A stretch of DNA of 64,000 nucleotides. Source: Oculina patagonica (taxonomy: Eukaryota). Shown here piece after piece: positions 24,133-36,592 of the stretch. Both the position numbers and the translations under genes were made by a program. The notes below the pieces were generated by a model that was not told where the DNA came from, did not search any database, and saw only the letters and a program-made list of their open reading frames with translations. The DNA is taken from contig NC_135764.1 in assembly GCF_052425735.1 (NCBI RefSeq), forward strand, positions 18,414,001 through 18,478,000. Reading direction: 5' to 3'. Within the stretch, counting starts at the first letter, position 1, and every line of letters begins with the position of its first letter.

Positions 24133-25689
24133 GGCGGTATCCTGCAAGAAAAAAATATGGCATTTATCAAATATTCTTAATAGTGAGAAATCATGAAACG
24201 TTCAGATTTTGTTCAAGTGTCATGAAAAGGATCGTACATCTACACCTACTCTTAACACCTTGGAAATTCTGTTAGGCAATAAGTTATGATTGTCAGCTAT
24301 GCTTGTTGTTTAAAGGAATAACAATAATAAAACGAATGACCATTAACGTAAAGGCATAGTAAATTTATTATCCTTCAGTCGTCGTTAAGTGCCTCTAATA
24401 GTTTGTCTGAAACTTCGAAAAAGCATGTTAGAGACATAGATTTAATTTTCGTTTTTGTCGTGAAGCTATGGTAAAGTTTAATGATGTAACTTGAAATATA
24501 CGCCGAGCATCACATGTCTCCTCGTCAACAAACGAAATTCCCATTTTAAGAGAAAAAAACGTAAAAAGCAATAGGCACGTGTAGCGAGAATTGTTGTAGA
24601 TCGAGACTGGAAAGACGAAATAAACGCGAATTCAAGAGTAAAAGTTTATTTTTCTCTAACGTTATGGCCCCCAATAACGTCGGATTGCAATTTTGCCGGA
24701 CTCAGCAACTCATCAACCAAGTAGTCGACCTGATGAATGTTATACTTCTTAAAAATAGAGTTAAATTTTGTAACTGTCTGTGCACTTGTAAAGTCAGAAG
24801 ACTATTTCATTAAATGTGGATAGATTTAATATAATTAGCCGCGTATTTATCTTAAGGCTAATGTCAAATAAATATCCGACTCTTCAAATTAAATGTTTAT
24901 CTTTTACGCATTAGTACCGAAACTATGAACGGAAATAACGAAGAAGTAATAACGTACCTTGGGTGTGTCTGAGGAAGTAACGGAGCTTACAGTGAGTGAT
25001 CACATTGAACGTCAAGAGGACAGTGTATTTGATCAACACACTGAAAAGAGGCCACAGACAAAGAAGAGATTAATTATGCTTTATGCAACCTGTTTGTTAT
25101 TAATTGACGAGCATGTGTGACGGGTACCATCTCATTTAAGATATTACCATAAACCAAAAGAAAGCGGCTGTCGTCTTACAACAGAACTCTTTGGCCAACC
25201 CTGTAAAAGTGAGGATCAACTCGAGATAATACCAAGATCAGGGACACAAACAGCCGTGGACTGGTTTAACGATATTTGATTTCTTTACAACTATTTAAAG
25301 TCATTTAGATATTCGCATCTGTTGGAATTCGAATGATTATGCATTTCCACGCATCAATTAAATGACGCCGTTTTAAAAATTATCAAAATCTCGAACTCTC
25401 TTACTGGCTGGTGAAGTTTACATGAGTTTCGACATCAGCAATGCATCTTTACAATTTGTTGCCGCCGGCGCCGAAGGTAAACTACAACCAGCCAGCCTCC
25501 CGCCTTATATGCGGGTGGTTGTTGCCAAGGATGCATTTATTTGGTGCAGGTCGTCTCCAAGAACTCTACCAATGTTACGTTATATTATTTATATTTCCAA
25601 CCACTTTCTTCTTCTTCATTGTGGTAAATAAACTATTATCTTTTGTTGTTTCTTGGTCTCAATTCTACCGAATTAATTATATAGGGAAA

Positions 25690-27025
25690 AGAACCCTATT
25701 CCCGCACAGAGAAATCCACAAGATGACATGGACATCCCCAAACGGCAAGGTGAAGGCACGAAGAGGAGCAGATGTTGGGAGTGACCAGCTGCTGATGGCA
25801 ACGCTGGCTATCAAGCTGCGCAAAACCAAGAAGGGAGTGCTCAGCGACTTGATTTTGCAGACGACATCTGCCTCTTAGCCCATCGCTCAGATGCGCCGAT
25901 CACCCTGCATGGAAAGATAGTTGAAGAAGTCAACGAGTTTACGTACCTTGGCTCCAAGATGACCACCGATGGAGACTCAGAGTCAGAGATTAGAGCAAGG
26001 CTCTCCAAGGCAGGGCAAGCATTTGCCTCCCTCAAGAACATCTGGAAAAGCAAGAAGATCACCCTAAAGACTAAACTCCGCTTCTTCAAGAGTAACGTTC
26101 TCACCACGTTGCTGTATGGGTGTGAGTCATGGAAGGCCACAAAAGCCATTTGCCACAAACTTGACACATTCCAAAATCGATGTCTACGCCGCATTCTGAA
26201 CATCTTATAATAATAATAATAAAACTTTATTTAAACTCGAATTTAGAGTAGCTTAACAAGCTAATATTTCCGAGAACGAAATAGATAACAACAAATTAAA
26301 ATAAAAATTACTATTTACATATTTAAAATTGACTTATATTAACTAATTGAATGGGCTTTGCAGATGTGCCTTTTACAGTCAGATAAGTTACATAGCCTTA
26401 TAAAGTTAGGTAGAGAATTTCATTCTTTTGTTGCCAGATAAGTAAAGGAGTGGAGACCAAAAGTTGTAGTTCTAGGTTTGGGCATTTCCAGTATATAGTT
26501 TCCACGCAGGTTGTATGAAGTAGAACGGAACGAGAACATGTTTCTCATATAGGCTGGATAGTCATTGAAAAATAGACTTTTGTACAAGAGGAATTTACAG
26601 ATGCGTTGATCATGAAGTTGGAGACAGTTTATCTTGTCTAGCAGCACATTATAAGGCGATTCAAAATTACTTAAAAAATCAATCTTCTGGCCTAACATCA
26701 TTTCAAACGCCGAGCTACCCCGGGCAACCTCAACAAACAACATCAGCTCCGAGGTGAAGAAGAGAAGGTGGCGCTGGATCGGACACGTCCTCAGGATGGA
26801 TCCATCATCAATTCCCAGAGTTGCTCTGCACTGGACTCCATCTGGAAAAAGAGCAAGGGGACGACCAAAAGAGACCTGGCGGCGGACAGTTGAAAAAGAG
26901 ATGCGGGAAAGCGGACTCAGCTGGGGAGAGCTGAGAAAGAATGCAAAGAACAGGCAGCAGTGGCGGAATCTGGTAACGGCCTTATGTGCCCAAGGGCACG
27001 AAGAGGACTGAGTGAGCTGAGCTAA
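25690..27025 (+). mobile_element. RTE-clade non-LTR retrotransposon remnant, internally deleted and interrupted
   Basis: Endonuclease pieces TLFPHREIHKMTWTSPNG and RRGADVGSD; RT motif FADDICLL; FTYLGS..IRARLSKAGQAF..LLYGCESW..FQNRCLRRIL; RRWRWIGHVLRM..GKRARGRPKETWRR; stop at 27011 followed by a short tgag-repeat tail. Confidence 0.9.
26207..26681 (-). mobile_element. 5'-truncated LINE 3' end (CR1/L2-like) inserted into the RTE remnant
   Basis: Minus-strand peptide LLYKSLFFNDYPAYM..SYNLRGNYILEMPKPRTTTFGLHSFTY, then AATAAA and a (TTA)n tail. ATCTT is duplicated at 26202-26206 and 26682-26686, and the RTE frame resumes (NIFWPNIISN). Confidence 0.8.
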
Positions 27026-27598
27026 GCACCCGATTTTAGACCTTTTTTTAATTAAATTGAGTGTAATCAGTAAATGGGAAATACTTTTCTCCCTCATTGC
27101 TTCTCCTGTCGTGTTTTTTTTCTTTTTCTTCCCTTAATTTTTACTTTCTTTACATATTCCTAAGAAGTGGGGGCAATGGCGGCGTCCCTGTCTTCTCTTT
27201 CCAAGCCCTACATCGGGAGGGGTAGGGACAGTTTAAGAATAAAGTTGTCTCAACATAATGCCTTGGATGCACAGAGAGTGAGGATTAATTTTTATTAAGG
27301 TTAATATGATACACTGGCAAAAGAAAAAGAGTATTTCCCGCAGGACTCCGAACGAATCAAATTCACCATACGTGCATCGGTTTTTACGTCTTTATTGTTA
27401 TCAATCACAGGACAAGTAATACACAAACCTGGTAAAACATTACATCACAAATAACGGACTATTTAGCGGTTACCTCCGTGAGACCAGTCTTAATGCACTT
27501 CTGGATTCACATGTTTGGACATATAGTAAAGGTAACTGCTTACATTTGTTAGAGCCGTTTCCGTTAACCTCTGAGCTAATTTTGTTCGATTATGGTAT

Positions 27599-30500
27599 TT
27601 ATTTTGTTGTCATGCTGTCACCAGCACGCTGAGATCTTCCAACTTTACCTCTCGCTTTATGTAATCGAGACGTTATAATCTTTTTGTAAACCCTGGAACG
27701 CTTTAATATTCTCCTTAACGGAGACAGACTTATCTTGAAACGTTGAATACGAAAGCCTACTGGAATAGTATTGCGCCTTAACGGAAAACGTCGAAACGAT
27801 TGAGAGAGACTGACTGGAAAGTGTAAGCGTACTCGCTTCCTTAATATTGACTTGTGCCGGGTTTTGAGTAAGCGACGAGGATTAATCTGATTTCCAAGCG
27901 AAGAACCCTTGGAAGCAGCTGCTGAAATAGAATCAAAATATGTGTGAGCTTGGTTTCCTGTTTACTGTGATGGTTGGATCGATATTTGATTCACATGCAT
28001 TTTAAAAAGAGCACATTTGAAATTGCCCGTATGCTATTTCAAGCTCTTTACGTGCATAAAAAAATGTAGCTACAAACTTGAATGTTGTCCTAGTGTATTT
28101 TTTTACAATGTATATTGTCCGGGTATTTTGAGCATCGTGGTAATACTATTTTTCTTCCTAGCTCATAATTAATTCAAAGTCGACACTGTGGTGGAAACCC
28201 ATAATATTGTTATCTTAATTGTATAGGAAGTCACTATCACAGTCAATTAACTCTGCATCGTGTATACCGTCAAAATTGCATTGGACATATTTCTCGTACT
28301 AGCTGATAGACTGCTAACACGAAGGCTAAAACATGTTTAAAACATGTGTAACTCAAATAGTGTACAACTGATTTGTGAAACGTTGCTTATACTGTTTTTT
28401 GTTTTTGGATTGCGTATCTATCTTAAAAAAGTAAAAGCATACTTACGTATGGAACTTCTTTCAACAAACATTGTGTCCGGTCCACTGTCGCCACGTAAAT
28501 CCACGCTGTGATCAAAGGAATATGGGTACCAGCCCCTCAGCGGATGAAACCAGTTTCCTTCAAAAAAATGTTCAGAGTAATAACTTGTTAATTTTCATAC
28601 TTTAGATGTGATTGAAAAACCGCTCTCTTGGAAACATTTTATTGAAGAAAGTAGCTGACATCAGTTATAATATATTAGCATAACAGTAAATGGGTGTACT
28701 GATTTGTTACCAAAGTAGCACATTTTTAAAACACTTAATGACTGGTTTCCCGAGAAACCAGTCATTAAGTGATTTGTTATATGGCTCAACGAAGACTTAG
28801 AAAAATGGCGGTCGTCGCTCAACTTAACATTCGCGGGCAACAGTGCACTGTCACCCTCTGACGTCACAGATTTTACAATGTTGCCCGCTCAGAGATTTCT
28901 GGCGGGAAACAGTTTTACTGTTAGATGCCATGTAACTTCGAAGTAGCCAATGAGAGCGCGCCCTGTTGGGTAGAAAATTTCAGCTATATTTAACAATTAT
29001 TCACCGACACTGAGGTGAATAATGGTTTTAGTATATACCACACAAGTTGAATAACTACCGGACCAAAACATCACTTTCGGTAAACAAAGCGACGCGCGAA
29101 TGCAGTTTGTTCTCTTTAGTTGTTCGGAGGTGAATAGTACTTTGCTTATCACCTCCGAGTTAACCAATCAGCGCGCGCGAAAAGCACTATTCATCTGTGT
29201 GGTATATACTAAAACAAATTACTGTGTTGTCCTCAGATTACAGTTAGTGAAAGAACTCTCAAAAGAAAGAACAGTACAGGAACTCTCTCAAGGAAAGTCA
29301 TGGCATATTATTATAGACATGGTTCGTACAATCTTGAAAAGGTCTTGAATTTTAGCAGTCGTCTTGAAAAGTCCTTGAATTTGGTTAAGTCCATGAAAAG
29401 TACTTGATTTTTTCAGTAGGTCTTGAAAAGTCCTTGAAATTTAGGATTTCTTGCACGCCCTTTTACTTTTCTGATAAATTAAATGATTTTGGTAAGAAAA
29501 ATTTGTTCATGAACGACTTCTAAAATGCGAAATAACTTGCGAAAATGTGGGTGTAAAACGCGAACCCCTACATGAAGCATGATTTAGATCTTTGCTTTTA
29601 TTTCATGCACCAAGGCTTGCACCAGGCCTCTGATGTGGGGTTGTCCACCATGTAGTTTTGTTGGAAGGGGCAACATGGCCGATAGTGAGTAAACATGTAG
29701 CGTTGTTTTGAATTCCTTCGTTTGCAATTCAAGTTAGCTATGGGCAAATGTGTATTCAATCGTAAATGGTTTAAAAGTGATGAAAAGTTCAGCTGGGTTA
29801 AAGAATTTAAAGGCGACAAGCACAAGGCTTTGTGTTGTGTTTGCAACAAAGTGATCGACATCGAACGCATGGGAGAAAGCACTTTGAAGTCTTACATGAA
29901 AGGCAAGAAATATAAAAGGAACACTGTTGTCGTTTTAAAAAAAGTTAAATGCCATCACGATGATCTCCTCAACCAAGCCTGAACTATTTAAAAGTTGTAG
30001 ATGACTTAGGGCCGAATCGCACTATCGGACAAGTTTTAAATGTCATAACATTTTTGACAAAAACAAAATTGTCGCGACAAGTCAGAGACATTTTGAAGAA
30101 AACAAAAGGTGTAATTATTAGTACAATAGCTCTGCACGTGCTTCTGGCATCCCTGTACATTTCTCAGCACGGCCGTCTTTGGCAAACATCAAATATGCAG
30201 TACAACGCGGTAAAATAATTCGCATTTAACATGTTTAAAGTACGCGTGTTCTCATGCAGTAGAATAATGAGTCGTCTCAAGATAACTTTTTCTTTTCTTA
30301 TTCTTACATTTGGCCAAAACACTTCACTTATAAATATGCTTTGCCTCTCGCGAAAAGATTTTGCGGCTGGATTATGATAGTGAGAGCCACATCACGGTGC
30401 ATACTACACCCAACAATTTTTGAGTGCGTGTTGTTTTTCGGTGCAATTTGGACCAAACACAATAGCCAATCAACAACATATTGTTATCTGGCATTACGGG

Positions 30501-32199
30501 GTATGGGAATGTGACTTGTCATGAATTGTCCTACCTTGAGGCAGGACAACGGCCCCTTTGATGATTTGTCCGTTTTGACAAAATTTACCCTTGTCCAACA
30601 AGTCGTTCGTTCTTGTTTTTGCAATTGTTTGACAAAATGTATCGCGCGTGCAACGCGGACCAATCATAAGACAACTGCTTCTTTGTTTTCCTGAAATGTT
30701 GGACAAGTTCTAGGTCTCAAAAAACGCATTCGCACTTGTTTTCTGTAACAAGTGACACGTTAATGATGAAATCTACCAATTGTTACAAAATTTGTCTGCT
30801 AGTGCGATTTGGCCCTTAGTTGAGTGTTTAAGAAATGAAAAAGAGGGCGGAGAAATCAGAGACTTTTGACTCAGTCCTTGAAAACAAGTTTTTGTCCTTG
30901 AAAAGTCCTTGAATTTTGTTTGTCTGAAGTTGTACGAACCATGTATAGATTCTTACGTGCACTGACATTACATATAGGTACGTGGGAGCTGAAAATAGTA
31001 TTATAGAAAAGTTGTTTTCAACCAGCTCCTTTCTCGACTAATATACCAGTAGTAACTTACTATTAACATGACCGTATCCATGATATCCGTGCCCATAACC
31101 ATGACGAAATCCATAACCAGCTGGAACATGTCCAAAATGCAGTCCATACCTAAAACGGCCAGGATAACCATAACCAAAGCCGTGTCTTAGCGAGCTGTAC
31201 CATGGACCACGTGCAAAGCCATGTGCAAAGGGATAGCTTCCACCGTATCCTAAACCGTGTCTCCACTGACCGTGTCTGTAGAACATATGGTGACCAAATG
31301 GGCCAAGCGGTCCATAATGTTGTGGTAAATGAACTGGGTAGACACCGTGTGGATGATATCCATGATAAACCGGGATGTTGAGCGGATGACGATGCATTAA
31401 GTGATGGATGTACTCGCCAGCTGCAGTTGGCACACCATTAGGCATCAAGGTCATGTGGCTCGCCGAGGGAAGCAACGAACTGATGCTCGGTGGAGCTGCT
31501 AGTGTAAAGATGTCGTGTTTTTTGTGTCTAGAAATCAGATTAGGTTTGATCGGCTTGTGAATAATTCTGTGTCTCTTGGTCTGATGACCACGCTTTTCTG
31601 TAAACAAACAAAAAAAAACAAACAAAGGAAAACGTATCAAGGAGTTCACAATGTCGATGCTCCTAAATTTAAACCTTTAAGTAGTTACGTATGATTAATC
31701 GATCGGTTGTTCGCTTGAAAATATACATGTCATTTGCAAAACAAAATAAGTTGCCTGCACGAATAAACAGCGACCAGACAACGTTTTCGCTTACTCGAAA
31801 AAAAGTCGCTTATTAAAACTCAACTTTATCTCAAACTTTCCTAGAGAATTGATCCGCATGATGTATAATTATACATAGAGTTCTGGCGTATAGGCATTTT
31901 CAGCATTTTAATTTTTCAATTAACAAATTACACAAAAGGACAACAGTTTAAATTGCTCGTACAATTCGGTAAAAGTTCGGGCTATTCCATAGGTTATTTT
32001 TTTTTTAAATGTAAAAGCATGACGAACAATAAGCATTGAAGAAACGAGATTCATCGAAAAATCTGTAAAAGACCAATATAAAAGCAATAGTAAAGCGATG
32101 AAATCTTGGGAAAGAAGACTTACCTATTGTTCGCTTTGGTTGAACCATTGTTGAAGTAAGAACAAGCAAGGTGAAGTATATTAAAACTTTCTCCTTCAT
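27599..32199 (-). CDS. Gene B: secreted His/Gly/Tyr/Pro-rich protein with an Arg/Lys-rich C-terminus, 348 aa
   Basis: Exons: 32199-32124 (MKEKVLIYFTLLVLTSTMVQPKRTI), 31597-31061 (HGY-rich), 28557-28447 (NWFHPLRGWYPYSFDH...), 27921-27599 (PRRLLKTRHKSILRKRVRLH...MTTK*). All GT-AG and phase 1; 1047 nt with no internal stop. Confidence 0.8.
29318..30943 (+). mobile_element. Deleted hAT-like DNA transposon with a 6-bp TSD, in intron 2 of gene B
   Basis: TIR catggttcgtacaa/ttgtacgaaccatg; TATAGA on both flanks (29312-29317, 30944-30949); subterminal cttgaaaagtccttgaa repeats; residual BED-finger-like transposase N-terminus MGKCVFNRKW..FSW..KALCCVCNKVIDI..MGESTLKSYM. Confidence 0.75.
30009..30815. 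mobile_element. PIF/Harbinger-like MITE nested in the hAT-like element
   Basis: TIR gggccgaatcgcacta/tagtgcgatttggccc; TTA duplicated at 30006-30008 and 30816-30818. Confidence 0.75.
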
Positions 32200-32859
32200 G
32201 TTTCTTGTTCACGCTCGTTTCCTAGAATGAAACTGGTCTCAGTATATCGTTACATCAACGAGATGTAAAGAAAATGAGACCTTACAAGGTGTTATTACTT
32301 ACGGAATTTCAGTGAGTCCAACAGTTATTTTTTCGGAGCGTGTGATTGTTTTTCTTTGAAATTCAAAACAGTTATGGTTGCTACCAAATTTTACAGGTGA
32401 CAGATAAAACTAAACATTCCGTAGCTTGAACGTCAGAGACTGTTGTTGATCATTTTCTCAATTAATAGGGACTCATGTTATGATTATACCCAGTCTGCCG
32501 GCCTTGACAGAAACACTTAAGATACGTACTTTCGGCTAATTTTCTCAGTTGCAGTACTTTTAAGTTTATTACGAGTTTAAAGATAAGACAAAAAAGTAGT
32601 GGAGGAACACTACTCATTTGTTTTCGTTCATCATCTAAACTAGATCTAAACCTATTTTTCTGCACGTTGGGTCGACAGAAATCGAGTTAAAGCAAGAATG
32701 TCTTTGCTCTTAAACTTAACAAGCTATATTTTAGTGATTTAGAACAGTAAACGTAGTGGATAAAAGGCTAAACTAATGAAAACATTATGATTTTACGGTC
32801 CTTAAATTTGGAATCAACAAATCAGAAGAACTTTCTCTTTCTTTCCTAAACGCTTCAAC

Positions 32860-34300
32860 TCAGGGGGGAACGCATTCCCCGTCAAACGTACTTTTCTGTC
32901 TGTCTTTTCTCTGTGTCTCGTTCTTATCTGACTGGCTCCAGGACAAGCCCAGCCACTGGATTTCTGCTACTGTGGGTCTTCTCCACGCGGTGTGTCGTCT
33001 TTCCTGGTTCTTTTTGTCTTGCCCACTCCAGCGGAGGGTCTGGTGGACAATGCTGGATGGTTCTTTTCTCAGCATATGGCCATCCAGGCACATTTACTGG
33101 AATATACGTTTTCGGATTTGCAAGTGCATTCGATCTTGCCCCGTTTTCTTACACAAGTCTTTATTGGAGATATTCTCTGGCCACTGGATGCGTAGGAGGC
33201 TGCTTACTGTGAGGGGGTGGGGGGACAACCTCCCCCGCCCCGACCCAAGCCCTTGCCCTTTCATACACTATTTTTGACAAAAAGGTAACCCTTTCGTATA
33301 CCTTCGATGGAAAATGACACGCCTTTCATATAACTACATAAGGAATACTGCTTCTCTTTTCTTACGTTTTCACTTGGAAGACATCACTTAGCAAAGGTCC
33401 GCAATTTTGTGATTTGTGCGTTTTAATGTCTTTCAGGTCTTTTCCTGTCATACAACCTTATCCACTTCTATTTTCGCTCGTTCAAGGATTATACTTCTTT
33501 TTAGCAGTTTATGTTGATATGTAAGGACATTTCGGCAGGAGTAATGTGTAAAGTATAAATTGGTGACGTTGGTGGAGGTCAATTCAGGGGATTCTGAAAG
33601 TATTCTTTCCATCGGGCTAGTTTTTTTATCTTTTTCTTATCAATTTCGTGAGAACTTTACCATCCTTGTCTTTGACAGGCTGATCCGTTGTGCGGTGTGA
33701 TACTGTAAGCTTTCGAGCGATAAATTAGAGCTAATCTAAGAGAAACAAGTTTTTCTCTTAGATTAAATACTTAGCATAAAATAAACTAGAGCTACGTCAA
33801 ATTCTGCTGACGTGCAGCTTCCTTTGCCTCTCGTGTTTTGCCCTCAATATAGTCTCAATTCGCTGTGTTAAGCCCGTGTTGAGCCGTTTTCTTGCTCGAT
33901 CTGGTCTTACTATCGGTCACAGCCGCTTTTCCTTTCCTTCGCTCCTCTTCTTTCGGTACTACATGGTTTGCTATCCGCTCCTTATTTTGTCGAGTATTCT
34001 TCCTCAAATCCTCCTCAGAGGTCTCATTCTTTACGGACTTTGCTTGTTCCCAATACTTCTCTTAAGGTGGGAGTGGAATTCAGTGAGATGTTCTGTCGAC
34101 ATAACTATACCACTACTTAGGAGGGTTGAATGCCGTATTTAACACTTTCTCTTCGACGTAAAAGACGGGTGGAAAAACTCTCTATTGTTTCCTACTAAAT
34201 ATGCAATGTTTTTGTTGACCCACTGGAACGCGTGGTGATTGATCTTAAATGCTTCCATAATTTATCGCCCAGATAGGGATGATTGTTCCACCTTTTGGAA
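32860..34300 (-). mobile_element. Old, degraded RTE-clade LINE remnant
   Basis: Minus-strand fragments LLRIQWPENISNKDL, GHMLRKEPSSIVHQTLRW..AWRR and LARWKEYF, with many frameshifts. The upstream boundary is approximate. Confidence 0.6.
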
Positions 34301-36592
34301 ATTAAGAATCACGGTGTGTTAAATACTATAATAAGGGAGTTTGTTTTCAAATGTCCACAGTTTTCTTTATTGTTGTACTTTTTTAAGGTATCTTACGTTG
34401 AAGCGTTGCTACTTTTAGCGCCGACTAATTGCTATAAACGAACTTATGATAAGAACCATTATAAACCAACCATAACTGAATAACGGCAGCACTAAACCGT
34501 TGAACATATCTAATCAAAGTCTCTACGAGATACCGACTTTTTTGCATGAAGTATGAGTCGAAGGTTTATCCTGTGCATTGTTCTTCGAACTTATCATTAC
34601 AGTTGCTTTGTAGTTTAGTTTAACAATTTCCTATCTTCGCGGAGGAAATGCAGCCATATAATTTTGTCAAAAATGGCTCGTCCGCGCCGGGTATTTATAC
34701 ACATATTCCTCAAAATTACACAAATAAACAGTGCAAATTTCACCGAGATCGGACAATTCTATACTTTAAAATTGCAAGGACCTTTCGAGGCAGTCGATTA
34801 CGGCAGCGAAATTAGCAAATGAAACAGCAAAATATGCGTTCGATGCTTTGTTTTTGTGACGCCATATTTGAATTGTTATAGGTAGACCGCTGTTCAATGT
34901 GTTCAAGGCCGTATCGTTACGATTGCTTCACGAAAAAGTACGAAAAAGTACGGATATTCACGACTACTGTCAGAGAAAACATTGCGCATATAATTGCAGC
35001 GTAAACAAATCGATACAGTCATGCTGCGTTTTGTCTGGGCTCTGCGAGGGTCGGATATCAAGACAGCTTCTTCGTGGGCTTAAGAAGGATTAAACAAAAG
35101 CCATATATACAGTGAATGCTTTCGAATTATATTTGAAGATGAAATACGAAAGAATTTTGCTGTCTTTGACTGAAATTCCACTCGAACTGCGTAGATACGA
35201 TCGCATGTTGTAAAGCCGATTCATGCAACATTGCTGTCAACGCGAGGTCACGCCCCTAACGACCTAGGCTGATGACGAAATAGAATGGCGCTTGCAAGTA
35301 GCAACCAAATTTGGCCTAATTTTTAACCGCTCCTAAGCTAAAAGAAGCCCCCATCTCTTGCATTTGTTTTAACTTTAATAATATCTTTGAAAAGAGCGAG
35401 TTTTTTTGGTGTGGCTTATTTTTGACGTTTGTAATTTTTAAACGATGTAAGTGCTAGTGATTATTTATTCGTGTCTTACCGTTAGTTGCGCAATCCATTG
35501 TTTTTGCGACGCTTTTTATAGATCGCCTTTCAGACACACGTGCGTTGAGATAAGAAAACTGACATGTCACTTTTAAAATTGTTATATAACGTTTGTAAAT
35601 GTGACAAGTCACGTTTTTTTCACGAGATGGCAAGTGATCACCCACAGCGGAAAGTAATCCCTTGAGAAATTAAAACAGTCCCTTGAGAGTTAACAAGAAT
35701 GTGGTTCCACATTTACCCCCACTTAACTGCTATTCTCCTTCATTTTGCTTGTAAACAAGCAAAAAAATCGAAAAAAAAACTGCGTAGAATGATACTTTCA
35801 CATCCTCGTTCCCAGGGTCTTCATTCCCTTTGACCAGAGCCTGCGCAGAAGGGACGAAGACTCGAGGTACGAGAATAGATACCTTCATTAGTAATAATAA
35901 TCAACGAAGGGCAGATTAAAATTTGATCAATCTGTAATAACTAAGTATTTAAAAATATTTTCTTTTGTATGGCAAGCGTAAAATGATTTTATGGACCCTT
36001 CATTAATAATACAGCTTGGAAACTGATTTCAAAGTTTTGTAGCTGCTACATGTACTACTGTAAACTACGATTCGATATACTACGATACATGCAGGCAATG
36101 CGGTTACTGTTGTGAAATTAAAACAGCAAGCTAATGAGGTTCTGAATAGTTTGGCAACGTATACAGCGTAGCAGACCATGCTTGCTTCTTTTAAGGAGAA
36201 TAGGAATGATCATTTAGCCCTAAAACTATTTTCGCAAGTGTTGTATACGTAACGGTAATATTTTGTTATACGCTGCAAATTTTATTAGGGCGAATTCTAC
36301 ATGGTATCTTAACTCCGCAGAAACAGCTCAGCCCCTGGCCAGGGTCCTTTTGTGCTGTGTTCTTTTGCAAACGTTTAAAAACATACTGCCCTCTTCTCCC
36401 AGCAGTTGACGAGAGTTCTGGGATATCTTGCAATGTTTAACATCCTATCAAGGGGTGTAGCAATACCCCAAATCATTTGGCGATACAGAAACCGAAGTCA
36501 GCAGAACGTCAGTTGGTGTTAAATAAATAGTGGAAGATAAAATGAAATTGAACGATTCCGTCTCGTTAGAGCGAAACTAAACTTTTTGGCGT

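Noticed and set aside
24958-25040. Exon-like segment with a good acceptor and donor upstream of gene A
   Set aside because: No start codon or convincing coding signal. It may be a 5' UTR exon but cannot be supported as CDS.
26420-27097. 225-aa minus-strand ORF
   Set aside because: Chimera of antisense RTE sequence and the nested LINE fragment; not a host gene.
29333-29440. Short spaced direct repeats (cttgaaaagtccttgaa) resembling a CRISPR array
   Set aside because: Eukaryotic context, irregular spacing and no cas genes; they are subterminal repeats of the DNA transposon.
34620-35450. Probable DNA-transposon remnant (also ~15090-16035 and ~28700-29215)
   Set aside because: Looks repeat-derived, but I could not define paired ends or TSDs from this window alone.
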